A stretch of 47,003 nt of DNA. Source: Candidatus Micrarchaeaceae archaeon. GTDB taxonomy: Archaea > Micrarchaeota > Micrarchaeia > Micrarchaeales > CABMGC01. The stretch spans positions 1-47,003 of the forward strand of contig JAVYWZ010000003.1 in NCBI GenBank assembly GCA_038877255.1. Direction: 5' to 3'. Position numbers and translations under genes: made by a program. Shown piece after piece: positions 26,188 through 35,076 of the stretch (its first letter is position 1; each line of letters opens with the position of its first letter). The notes beneath the pieces were generated by a model. That model did no database searches. It was not told the origin of the DNA and was given only the letters and a program-made list of their open reading frames with translations.

Positions 26188-26496
26188 TCATACTACGTCT
26201 ATGTTCTCCTTTGGGTAGCCCATCTTCTCTAATGCTTTCCTAACCTCTTCCTTATGGTCGCCTTGCAGCCGTATCATGCCGTCTTTGCTTGTGCCGCCGC
26301 ACGATAGCGCTGATTTGAGCTCTTTTGTAACCTTTCCAAGCTCATCACCTGCTATGCCAGAAATTACCGTCATTAATTTTTTAAATTTCGCCTTTTCAGT
26401 ATAGATCTTTATTCTATTTGTTGTGGTTTCTCTGTTTAACACTTCAGAAATATTGAGTTCTTTTGGCAAACCACTTATTGGGTCTATTTCAGTCAT
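26188..26496 (-). CDS. sui1: Translation initiation factor aIF1 (SUI1)
   Basis: DPISGLPKEL, LKSALSCGGTSKDG and LQGDH motifs. Confidence 0.95.
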   Translation of the reverse strand: MTEIDPISGLPKELNISEVLNRETTTNRIKIYTEKAKFKKLMTVISGIAGDELGKVTKELKSALSCGGTSKDGMIRLQGDHKEEVRKALEKMGYPKENIDVV

Positions 26497-26693
26497 TATG
26501 CGCTTACACCTCTTTGCTTGAGCAGCGTTTTTATCTGTGCTATCGTTCTTCTCATCTCCCTTATCTTTGCCTTTTTGCTCTGAACGCCAGTGCTGGCTAT
26601 TTTTCTTCTTTCTATAGAAAGGTCCAGTTCAAGCTGTTGAAGCTTCGACTTCAGCGCTTCAGGAGTCATCGTTTTAAGGTCGTTAATTCGCAT
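26496..26693 (-). CDS. rpl29: 50S ribosomal protein L29
   Basis: KIREMRRTIAQIKT; operon position. Confidence 0.93.
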   Translation of the reverse strand: MRINDLKTMTPEALKSKLQQLELDLSIERRKIASTGVQSKKAKIREMRRTIAQIKTLLKQRGVSA

Positions 26694-26723
26694 TCTTTCA
26701 CATTTCTTTTGTTATTTAAATAT

Positions 26724-27524
26724 TTATTTGTTGCTGTTTTCTTGCCGTGCGCCATGCGCATTTGTATTGGAACTGGTGCTTTGCTCTCCCTGCTTGGCTC
26801 CTGCCGCAGGAGCTGCCGCAGTTGTCGTTGTTTGTGCTGCTGTTTGCGCCGCCGCACCTGGCGACGTTGGCTGTGCCTGCTGCTCAGGCTGAGCACTACC
26901 CGCGCCTATAATGAGCTCGGCCTTGGCCCTCTTTGCCTTTTTCTTCTGTTGCGGAAATACGGTTCCTGGTTTAACTATTCTTACCATGACGCCTATTGCG
27001 CCATACTTGGGGTATGCCGCCACGCTGGAGCGCTTTGCTAGCTTGACAACATTTCCTGCTTTTGGTATGTAGCCTTGCCTTACTTTTATCTGCTTTGCCT
27101 TTGCGCCTTTTGCTGCAAGTTTGCCCGTCGCTATTATCTCAGCGCCCATTGCGCCGTTTGACATTACATCATTGAGCACCGAATGCAACAAGCGCCTTGC
27201 GTTTGCGCCGCGCTCAAGCGCATTCGCTATGTAACGTGCAACAAGCCTGGGTTCAAGCATAGGGTTGCTTACTTCTGCAACGCTTATCTGTGGGTTTTCT
27301 ATATTGAACTTTTCGCTTATCGACTTTGTCAATGCGTTGATTGTTTCTCCGCTTCTGCCAATAACCCTGCCTGGATTAGTTACCCACACTGTTATTCGCG
27401 TAAGCATTGGTGTTTTCTGTATTTCTATGTCTGAGAAACCTGCCTTGCTGAGAGCATCCTCAAGGTATTTGCTTGCGCGTGCCTTGACAAGTGCATCCTC
27501 TATAAATTTTCTTTCTACTGCCAA
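26724..27524 (-). CDS. rps3: 30S ribosomal protein S3 (A/Q/T-rich C-terminal tail)
   Basis: PGRVIGRSG KH domain, GAMGAEIIATGKL and GAIGVMVRI. TTG start at 27524 is likely. Confidence 0.95.
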   Translation of the reverse strand: MAVERKFIEDALVKARASKYLEDALSKAGFSDIEIQKTPMLTRITVWVTNPGRVIGRSGETINALTKSISEKFNIENPQISVAEVSNPMLEPRLVARYIANALERGANARRLLHSVLNDVMSNGAMGAEIIATGKLAAKGAKAKQIKVRQGYIPKAGNVVKLAKRSSVAAYPKYGAIGVMVRIVKPGTVFPQQKKKAKRAKAELIIGAGSAQPEQQAQPTSPGAAAQTAAQTTTTAAAPAAGAKQGEQSTSSNTNAHGARQENSNK

Positions 27525-27528
27525 TAAA

Positions 27529-28236
27529 TCACATCTGAGCATTTAAGTTAACCGCTTTAGAATCCGAATCGGATTTGGTTTCCTTATTGTCTGTTTGTAC
27601 TTGTTTAAGTTCTGTGCTTGCTGTTTCCTGTTGTTTTTGCTGTGGCTGCTGTTGCTTCTGTTGCTGCTGTTTCTGCTGCTTTTCTTTTTTGTTTTCTGTT
27701 TGCTGCTTCACTTCTTTCTTTTTAACAATTTTGATGCGCCGCGGCGTCCTGCCAACTGCTTCAGGCAATGCAATGGCCATTTCTATCTTTGCGTACTCTA
27801 TGTCGCTGTGAACCCTTGAAGAAAAGCCGTACATGCCCCTGCCCCAGGAAAGGTGGCCCTTGCTTGGTAAGCGCCTTTCTATGTGTGTTTTGTTTGCTGT
27901 TGCGTATGCGACTATTGCTTGCTCAGTATCTATAGCTTTTAGCTCTGCGTTTGCAACCGCATTTGTAAGTACCTTCTTTACCTCTTTTGCTGCATTTACG
28001 GGGTATGCTCCCTTGGCGCCGCCAAGCTCATGCCTTGCGCCCATGTGCTTATTGAACTGCTTGAACCTTATCGGCGTTGACTTTGTTATTATTGAATCAA
28101 GCAGAGCAAATGCATCATTGGTTTTTGCATAGCGTATTGCGTCGCATACTGCGCATAGGTCCTTGTAGCTTGCATTGACGTCGTATGCCTGCGCATACGC
28201 TATATCATCGCTTTTTTTGAATGTGTAATTGTGCAT
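27529..28236 (-). CDS. rpl22: 50S ribosomal protein L22 (Q/K-rich C-terminal tail)
   Basis: GAYPVNAAKEVKKVLTNAVANAE; operon position between S19 and S3. Confidence 0.92.
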   Translation of the reverse strand: MHNYTFKKSDDIAYAQAYDVNASYKDLCAVCDAIRYAKTNDAFALLDSIITKSTPIRFKQFNKHMGARHELGGAKGAYPVNAAKEVKKVLTNAVANAELKAIDTEQAIVAYATANKTHIERRLPSKGHLSWGRGMYGFSSRVHSDIEYAKIEMAIALPEAVGRTPRRIKIVKKKEVKQQTENKKEKQQKQQQQKQQQPQQKQQETASTELKQVQTDNKETKSDSDSKAVNLNAQM

Positions 28237-28628
28237 TACTTCACCGCCAAGAACTTGCTTCCGCGAGTAGCCCTTATGCCAGGCGCAGAATGCTGAACGC
28301 GCTTTACCGTAAACGAGTATTCGCCAAGCCTGCGGCCTATCATCTCTGGCGTTATGCTCATTTCTTTGAACTCCTTGCCATTATGAACGCCGAAGCGCAG
28401 GCCTACCCACTGTGGCACTATTACCGCTTCGCGCAATGTTGTTTTTATCAATTTGCCATTGCCTTTCTTCTTCGCTTTCTCTACCTTTTCTAGAAGTTGC
28501 TTGTACTCAAAGCCCATGCGCTTTATGCTTCTGCGCTCCCTTGAGCCTATAAGCTTTATGAAATCGTTCATGCTCATTGCACTTAGTTCTTCAAGTGACT
28601 TGCCCCTATATAAAAACACTTTTGCCAT
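28236..28628 (-). CDS. rps19: 30S ribosomal protein S19
   Basis: VHNGKEF, PEMIGRRLGEYS and PGIRATRGSKF motifs. Confidence 0.97.
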   Translation of the reverse strand: MAKVFLYRGKSLEELSAMSMNDFIKLIGSRERRSIKRMGFEYKQLLEKVEKAKKKGNGKLIKTTLREAVIVPQWVGLRFGVHNGKEFKEMSITPEMIGRRLGEYSFTVKRVQHSAPGIRATRGSKFLAVK

Positions 28629-29348
28629 TCAACCACGCTTCTTTCTGCCTATACGGCTTGCCGCTATGCTGCCTACCTTGGCTCCTGGCGGCGCATTCCT
28701 AGAAGTCATGCTAGAATAGCCTTTATGATGCTGCTTGCCTCCGAACGGATGGTCAACAGGGTTCATCTTTACTCCTCTATTCACAGGCCACTTTGCGTTT
28801 ATTGCGTGCATTATGTAGTGGCTTTTCCCTGCTTTTATCAAAGGCTCGGTTATGGCTCCGCCTCCGGATGAAACGCCTATTTCTGCTCTGCAGTCGCCGC
28901 TCAGCTCAACCGTTTGCTTGGAAGGCAGTAGCAGCGTCACTGTGCCGTTGCTATGCGATACTACTGTTGCATAAGTGCCTGCGGCTCTTGCTAGTCTGCC
29001 ACCGTCTCCTGGCCTAAGCTCTACATTACAGACAAAAACGCCGTCTGGGATTGCAGCAAGGGGCAGCACATTGCCCAGGCTTATGCTTGCACCTAAGCCT
29101 TCCTGAATTCTGCTGCCAAGGTAAATGCCTTCAGGCGCTATTAGCACAGCTTCAGAATTGTCAAAATATTTAACACGCATAAGCGCGGCGTTGTGAAGCG
29201 GGTTGTCTATGAAATCTAGCACTTCGCCATCGAGCACGCTTTCAACCTTTCTGTTTGGTATCATTGCGTCGAACCTGCCGCTCTTTGGTGGCTTTGTATA
29301 TGCATTGCTGCCTTTTCCACGCCTTTGCTGCCTTAGTCGTTTGCCCAT
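28629..29348 (-). CDS. rpl2: 50S ribosomal protein L2
   Basis: MGKRLRQQRRGKG, PGDGGRLARAAG and RGVKMNPVDHPFGG motifs. Confidence 0.97.
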   Translation of the reverse strand: MGKRLRQQRRGKGSNAYTKPPKSGRFDAMIPNRKVESVLDGEVLDFIDNPLHNAALMRVKYFDNSEAVLIAPEGIYLGSRIQEGLGASISLGNVLPLAAIPDGVFVCNVELRPGDGGRLARAAGTYATVVSHSNGTVTLLLPSKQTVELSGDCRAEIGVSSGGGAITEPLIKAGKSHYIMHAINAKWPVNRGVKMNPVDHPFGGKQHHKGYSSMTSRNAPPGAKVGSIAASRIGRKKRG

Positions 29349-29355
29349 TCAATCA

Positions 29356-29607
29356 CTACAAAAGCTTGAGCTTTAGCGCAAGGTCGCTGGCCTTGTATGC
29401 TTTATCAAGCGTTACATACGCCTTCTTTGTGTTGTTGTCGCTTATGCTTATATTGACCTTTTTTACCTTTACACCGAAACGCTCTTCAAATTCTTTTTTT
29501 ACCTGCTGCTTTGTTGCGTTAAGCACGATTATGTATGTTATTGTATTGTTTCTGTCAACCATATTTATTGCCTTTTCCGTAGCTAGCGGATACATAAGTA
29601 TGCTCAT
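29356..29607 (-). CDS. rpl23: 50S ribosomal protein L23
   Basis: PLATEKA, FGVKVKKVN and KKAYVTL motifs. Confidence 0.96.
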   Translation of the reverse strand: MSILMYPLATEKAINMVDRNNTITYIIVLNATKQQVKKEFEERFGVKVKKVNISISDNNTKKAYVTLDKAYKASDLALKLKLL

Positions 29608-29611
29608 ACTC

Positions 29612-30415
29612 TTACCTCTTTATCCCTTCTGCTTTTGCGAGCGCCTCGCCAACGCTGTTTAATGCAGGCTCGGTCCATATCGCAAGCCTTGGAATGCCGC
29701 CGGGGGCTAGCTTGCTTATGCTTAGCCTGTCTATCTGTACAACGTCAATGCCCGGTATGTTTCTTCCAGCGCGCTCAAGTTTATTGGCGTCTTTTGCTAT
29801 TATAACAGCGCTGTTCCTGAAATGCCTGAGTTTTGAAAGCCTTCTAAGCCCCTTTCTCAGCCTTGGCTTGTGCGATTTCTCAAGGTCGCTGCCTATTCCT
29901 ATTTTTTTCAATATTGAATAAAGCTCCTTTGTCTTTGCAATGCGCTCTATGCCCTCTTCTACTACTATTGGAAGAGAGCCAGTGAAGACATGCCCTTTTG
30001 CTATCTCTTCCTTGTTTGCAGTGGCCGCTATTGCCATTAGAAGCGCCTTGTTGTATTCTTTTCTATTTATGCGCTCTTCAATTATTTTTCCAACTTTTGA
30101 AGGGTGCGCGCGCCTGCCCTTCCTTGCAGAAGGTATGCGCCGTACTTCACCCATTGCGCCTTTTGCGAGTTTCTGCCTGGGCCTTATTGCAACGCCCATG
30201 TGCCTTAGCGTTCTGTAAGCATTGTAACGGCCTACATAAGTTGCCGAGGTGCGCATGCCTGCAAGCGTGTCTCTGCCCTGCTGCTGATATTTTCTGCTTT
30301 GTTCAGCAAGCAGAGCCCTTAGCACAATATCTTTATTGTACTGCGTGCCGAAAAGCTCTGGCAAAGAGACCTTATGTGCTAATGTGCCATCAATTTTGTA
30401 AACGTTAGCTTCCAA
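29612..30415 (-). CDS. rpl4: 50S ribosomal protein L4
   Basis: AGMRTSA, GRRAHP, RNIPGIDV and LAPGG motifs. Confidence 0.96.
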   Translation of the reverse strand: MEANVYKIDGTLAHKVSLPELFGTQYNKDIVLRALLAEQSRKYQQQGRDTLAGMRTSATYVGRYNAYRTLRHMGVAIRPRQKLAKGAMGEVRRIPSARKGRRAHPSKVGKIIEERINRKEYNKALLMAIAATANKEEIAKGHVFTGSLPIVVEEGIERIAKTKELYSILKKIGIGSDLEKSHKPRLRKGLRRLSKLRHFRNSAVIIAKDANKLERAGRNIPGIDVVQIDRLSISKLAPGGIPRLAIWTEPALNSVGEALAKAEGIKR

Positions 30416-30416
30416 T

Positions 30417-31379
30417 TCACGCGCCTATTTTTGAGCTGAGCGAGATGCTGTTTATTTTTGGCTCAGAAATCTTTTTAATGGGTCTGAGTGCCTTCCTTAG
30501 CCTTACGACAATGCCCGGCGCTCCAGGTATTGAACCATGAACTATTATAAAATCATTTCTTATAGTTCCGTAATGAGGAAAGCCGCCCTTTACATTTATT
30601 TCATTTGTGTTGTCGCGAGAACCTATCTTCATTATGCGCTTGTTAAGCTCTGTCCTGTAGTTGTGACCTAGGTGGCCTGCCATCGGCACTGAGTAAAGCA
30701 CCTTTGGCGGGGTGAACGGGCCGAGCGTTCCTACGTGCCTTATCTTGCCTGTTGCCTTGTGCCATTGCTTTGCTACTCCAAACCTTGCGACAGGGCCTTC
30801 CCATCCCTTGCCCTTGCTTATGCTTGTAACATCAACATATTCTCCAGGCTTGAAGATGTCGCTTGCCTTTACTTCTTTTCCTATGAGCTTTTCAGCAAGC
30901 GCCAGCTTGTCTTGCTTGTTTCCTCCAAGAGCAATTTCGAACCGCATCAGCTTCTTTGTGCCGAAGCCAATACCCATCGGGTTTACATACGCAAGCACGC
31001 TTATGTCGCTGAAGCTTTCAATCCTTGCCTTTGCATCTGCAATGCTGTTTTTAGCGTTTTTAATACCTAAATTCTGTGCAAGTGCCCTGTCGTAAACTTC
31101 TTCAGCAACATGGGCATAGCGCGTTGTTTGCTCTTTTGCATAAAACCTTACTCCATATACGTAAACCTTCGGAATTTCTATAACTGTTACAGGTTCAGCA
31201 ATCTCTGTGCCTTTGGAAGTGCCGTTTGAATCATCTATCTGCATAACATGGGTCATACCTGCCTTAAAGCCGACGAAACCCTGGAGCGAGGCCTCTGCAG
31301 AAACGGGCCAGTGCCTTATTCTTGGCATTGCCTTTTTTGCACGTCTGTGCGGCCAAAACTCAAGCGAGCCTTTTCGCAT
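30417..31379 (-). CDS. rpl3: 50S ribosomal protein L3
   Basis: RKGSLEFWPHRRA, GFKAGMTH, SKGKGWEGPVARFG and RTELNKRI motifs. Confidence 0.97.
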   Translation of the reverse strand: MRKGSLEFWPHRRAKKAMPRIRHWPVSAEASLQGFVGFKAGMTHVMQIDDSNGTSKGTEIAEPVTVIEIPKVYVYGVRFYAKEQTTRYAHVAEEVYDRALAQNLGIKNAKNSIADAKARIESFSDISVLAYVNPMGIGFGTKKLMRFEIALGGNKQDKLALAEKLIGKEVKASDIFKPGEYVDVTSISKGKGWEGPVARFGVAKQWHKATGKIRHVGTLGPFTPPKVLYSVPMAGHLGHNYRTELNKRIMKIGSRDNTNEINVKGGFPHYGTIRNDFIIVHGSIPGAPGIVVRLRKALRPIKKISEPKINSISLSSKIGA

Positions 31380-31653
31380 TACTCACGCCTATCTAGCAAG
31401 CAAAAGAAGAAATTGCTGCTATTGCTTTCAAATATTGTTCTTTGCATATTTATATATCTTAGGCTTTATAGGCTTTATCGCAGACTTACTGTTTGCGCAG
31501 CCGTGGGCCTATCGTTCAGCAAATTTGCCAAAGTTGTGCAATATTATTACTTGGCGTTGAATTTTTAAATTTTTATGCAAAAGCGTGCAAAACAAGAGGA
31601 ATAAAGCATGTAGCGTTTTAGCCTCGGCGATTGGCAATTATGTAATACATCTC

Positions 31654-32538
31654 TCAATAGGGTGAAAGGTAATTATTTATGAGCTGCGCTACATATTTAT
31701 TTAAGGCGTTATTGAATGTCTGGCCTGCGGAAGATAATAAGGAGCCAATGGTGGTGGTTGGCTGTTGTGCTGATGTGGATAATCCCATATTCTGCATTTG
31801 GTTATTTTGCAGGGTTGAAGGCTGCAATAACTGTGTTGCTAACACTGTTTGTGGCAATTGCAAAGATAGCGGAGTATTTAACACGCCCTGCCCAAACTGC
31901 TCAGCAGGCTTCACCACATTTGCATTAAGGAACTGCCCTGCTGCAGTGATGCCTGGAGCTACATAAGTATTATATGCTGATTCTATCGGTTGAACTACAT
32001 TTGTATTAAGCCAATTTACATCATTTCCTAAATTGGCATTTAATTGAGCTGTTGTAGTAGGAAATCCTAATTCTGATAATATTGGTGCTATGTAAGTGTT
32101 GAAAGGAGAGAATTGCTGGTTTGCTTGAGCTTGTGCATATTGTTGCCATTCACTGTAAGGAGTTGTCTGTGGCGTATAGCTTGAGCTTATGCCCTGCGGG
32201 GTGTTGAAGTATATAGTATATGGCAAACCTTGCTGGAGCCAGGTTATTTGTGCCGGTGTTAGGCTTGCTATTGCCTGCTGCGCCTGCTGATACGTAAGCC
32301 CAGAAGCTACGAGGCTGCCTAAGAGGGCTGCATTCTAGGAATGAGAAAGCGCGGTGCCTGTGGTGCCTAATTCTGCTGCGAGGTTAACCTCTTCAATGCC
32401 TTGCTGGGGCGTTAATCCAGCTGCGCCATTCGTTGATGTTGGGGTATATGCTGGGTTGAATGCTAAATAGACATTGCTATTTGGATTCTGGCTGAAATAT
32501 TGCTGGGCTGCATTTTCATTGATGCATTTGTGCTGTTT
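31654..32538 (-). pseudogene. Fragment of a Q/N/T/S-rich low-charge protein gene with an in-frame TAG and no start codon
   Basis: The frame of ORF 31654..32226 continues upstream with the same composition (INENAAQQYFSQNPNSNVY...SHS*NAALLGSLVASGLTYQQAQQ), interrupted by TAG at 32335-32337 and bounded by TAA at 32539-32541. Confidence 0.6.
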
Positions 32539-32562
32539 TTATGCGTAAATTGTGCTTGCTTC

Positions 32563-33021
32563 TTATTCTATCTTTATCTCCTCGCCTTCCCCTGGCGCCT
32601 TAGGGAGAACCATCTCAAGCATGCCCTCTTTGAATGTCGCCTTTGCCTTTTTAGGCTCTACTGCAACAGGCAGGGGAATGCGCCTGTAGTAGCCAGAGGA
32701 AGCTCTTTCGCTGTAATAGTAGTTCTTCCCAGTTTCTTCCCTTTCCTTGGATGTCTGTGCAGAGATTGTTACGCTTTCCTTGTCAACGTTTACCTTTATG
32801 TCATTCTTGTCAACTCCAGGAAGATCTGCCTTTATTACGATCTCATTGTTGCGGTCTATCATGTCTATTCTCGGCGCGCGGCTCATGATTGTGCCTATGT
32901 ACCTTCTAGGATAGTCTGCCATGCGCCTCATGTACTCGAATGGGTCGTCGAAGATGTCGAAGAAGTCTTCGATCCTCACAGGCAAGACGCCTTTGCTCCG
33001 TTCATTCTTGCCCTTTGCCAT
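32563..33021 (-). CDS. hsp20: Small heat shock protein Hsp20
   Basis: ADLPGVDKNDIKV, SER..GYYRRIPLP, ATFKEGMLEMVLPK and C-terminal IxI. Confidence 0.96.
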   Translation of the reverse strand: MAKGKNERSKGVLPVRIEDFFDIFDDPFEYMRRMADYPRRYIGTIMSRAPRIDMIDRNNEIVIKADLPGVDKNDIKVNVDKESVTISAQTSKEREETGKNYYYSERASSGYYRRIPLPVAVEPKKAKATFKEGMLEMVLPKAPGEGEEIKIE

Positions 33022-33093
33022 AATACCACCTAAAAATAATTACGCTTTAAAAATTTTTATATTTTGCGCTTTATCAGTTGGTGCATGCACCAG

Positions 33094-33747
33094 TTATTTG
33101 TTGCTTAGTGCTCTTTCTATATATTCTAGGAACATTTCTTCGGGCACTGCTCCTTCAAACTGAACGCTGTCGTTTATCACTATCTTAGGCACGGCCATTA
33201 CGCCATACTTGTCTGCCAGTTCAGGAAATTCCATTGCCTCTATCATTGAGCTTCTTATGTTGTTGTTTTCAATTGCAAACTGGTGCGCCATGTGCACAGC
33301 AAGAGGGCAGTACGGGCATGTCGGAGTTACAAAAACCAAGATGTCGACCTTGTCTTTCACTGCTTTTAGCTTTTCCTTAGTCTCTTTCTTGAGCGAGGTC
33401 TCGCCAGCAGCAGCTTCAAGCATATCATTTACAAGCGCGCTGAATTCATGGCCGTATGGCATGCCAAAATAATACGTGTTATAGATTTTCCTGCCGCCGA
33501 GCACAATTGCAGGCACTTTGTCGACGCCAAGGAACTTTGCCTCCCTTTCGTTAGCGTTAATATCATATTGTTTTACCTTTATCTTATCGCTGAGCTTAGC
33601 CATGTCATTGATGAGCTCTGTTGTTTTGTCGCATAGTTGGCAATCGCCCTTTCTGCTCGTAAAGAGCATTATATTTACTTCGTTTTGCAGTTTCTTAGTA
33701 AAAAGCTCCTTTAGCTGCATTGCGTCTTTTTCGCCTATTATTGCCAT
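33094..33747 (-). CDS. Protein disulfide oxidoreductase (PDO; two thioredoxin units)
   Basis: CQLC and CPYC motifs, GVDKVPAI, PYGHEF and GVMAVPKIVIN. ATG at 33747 after GGTGA. Confidence 0.92.
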   Translation of the reverse strand: MAIIGEKDAMQLKELFTKKLQNEVNIMLFTSRKGDCQLCDKTTELINDMAKLSDKIKVKQYDINANEREAKFLGVDKVPAIVLGGRKIYNTYYFGMPYGHEFSALVNDMLEAAAGETSLKKETKEKLKAVKDKVDILVFVTPTCPYCPLAVHMAHQFAIENNNIRSSMIEAMEFPELADKYGVMAVPKIVINDSVQFEGAVPEEMFLEYIERALSNK

Positions 33748-33859
33748 TAAGATCACCAAAAACCTAAGGAAAACGGGTAACTTTATATATGCCTATTCTA
33801 AATATAATAACATTTGCTTTGCTAAATTTAGTCTGCTGTTTATGTGTAAGGTGTTTGAA

Positions 33860-34186
33860 TTGCCTAAACCAATGCATAGGTCCAGAAGCGTAAGAAAGCA
33901 GGACAGGGTAACTCCAAAAGGCAGGCACGTTCTGCATTACGAGCGCAAACCGGGTTCATTGCCGCATTGCGGCATTTGCGGTGCAGAGCTTAATGGCGTT
34001 AGTATTTCATCAGCGCTTCACGGTAAAAGCAGGAAGCGTGTCGAAAGGCTTTTTGGCGGCGTGCTATGTTCTCATTGCACTGCAGATGTCGTTGCGCTTG
34101 CGAGTAGAATAGAGAATGGCGAAATGAAGCTCAACGAGATAAGCGCAAAGAAAAGGAATTATGTCTTGCAGCTTATGGCTCATTAG
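33860..34186 (+). CDS. rpl34e: 50S ribosomal protein L34e
   Basis: PKPMHRSRS..TPKG..HY, CGICG and RLFGGVLCSHC. TTG start after AAGGTG; the N-terminal extension in the track ORF overlaps PDO and is spurious. Confidence 0.92.
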   Translation: MPKPMHRSRSVRKQDRVTPKGRHVLHYERKPGSLPHCGICGAELNGVSISSALHGKSRKRVERLFGGVLCSHCTADVVALASRIENGEMKLNEISAKKRNYVLQLMAH

Positions 34187-34198
34187 TTTGGTTTTTCT

Positions 34199-34774
34199 AT
34201 GCGTGCAATCTTGCTTTGCGGTTTTCCAGCAGCTGGCAAAACCACAGTAGCAGAAATAATATCAAAGAAGCTAGGCATAGAAATGATAGGGGGCACAGAC
34301 ATACTCAAAGAGCTTGCACGAGAGCGCGGGTATAAGCCTATAGGAATAAACTGGTGGGACACGCCAGATGGGATTAAGTTTCTTCGCGAGCGCGAATCAG
34401 ATACAAGTTTTGATGTTGAAGTTGACAAGAGGCTAACGGAAAGGGCAAAAGCAGGGAACGTAGTTATAACAAGCTATACACTGCCATGGCTAGCTAACGA
34501 CTGTTTCAAGGTCTGGCTCGATGCAAGCATAGAAACACGAGCAGCGCGCATGGCCAACAGGGACAACCTTAACATAGATGAGGCAACGAAGATCATAAAG
34601 GTGCGCGATAGGGAAAACACCCAATTATACGAGGTGCTATACGGGATACATTTCGGCACAGACATCTCGCCATTCGACCTTGTGCTTGATGTAAATAAAA
34701 TAAGCCCTGAAGAGGCTTCTGAAAAAATAATCGATGCTTTCCGTGCAAGCGAAAATGGCGCTAAAGGTGAGTAA
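34199..34774 (+). CDS. cmk: Cytidylate kinase (archaeal type)
   Basis: GFPAAGKTT P-loop, KVWLDAS..RAAR..RD and YGI motifs; L34e-cmk-L14e synteny. Confidence 0.92.
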   Translation: MRAILLCGFPAAGKTTVAEIISKKLGIEMIGGTDILKELARERGYKPIGINWWDTPDGIKFLRERESDTSFDVEVDKRLTERAKAGNVVITSYTLPWLANDCFKVWLDASIETRAARMANRDNLNIDEATKIIKVRDRENTQLYEVLYGIHFGTDISPFDLVLDVNKISPEEASEKIIDAFRASENGAKGE

Positions 34775-35014
34775 ATGTCAATAATAGAACAAGGAAGAGT
34801 TTGTGTAAAGAAGTATGGCAGAGACGCAGGAGACAAGGCAGTAATAATGAAGGTGCTTGATGAGAATTTCGTCAGCATAGTTACCTCAGGCAGGCCAAAG
34901 CAAAGGAAATGCAACATCAATCACCTCGAGCTGCTTGCTGAAAAGGTAGATGTTACAAGCAAGAGCGAAATTGCAAAAGCATTGGAAATACCTGCTGAGA
35001 GGCTAAAGCAATAA
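34775..35014 (+). CDS. rpl14e: 50S ribosomal protein L14e
   Basis: IEQGRVCVKKYGRDAG, DENFV and RKCNINHLE motifs. Confidence 0.95.
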   Translation: MSIIEQGRVCVKKYGRDAGDKAVIMKVLDENFVSIVTSGRPKQRKCNINHLELLAEKVDVTSKSEIAKALEIPAERLKQ

Positions 35015-35076
35015 CAAAAGCGTTTGCGCCGCGCATCAGCGCAAAGCGTTAATATGTGCTTTTCCAAAATTATAAC

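Noticed and set aside
33518-33859. Long N-terminal extension of L34e
   Set aside because: It overlaps the PDO gene on the opposite strand; an SD plus TTG at 33860 gives a normal L34e.
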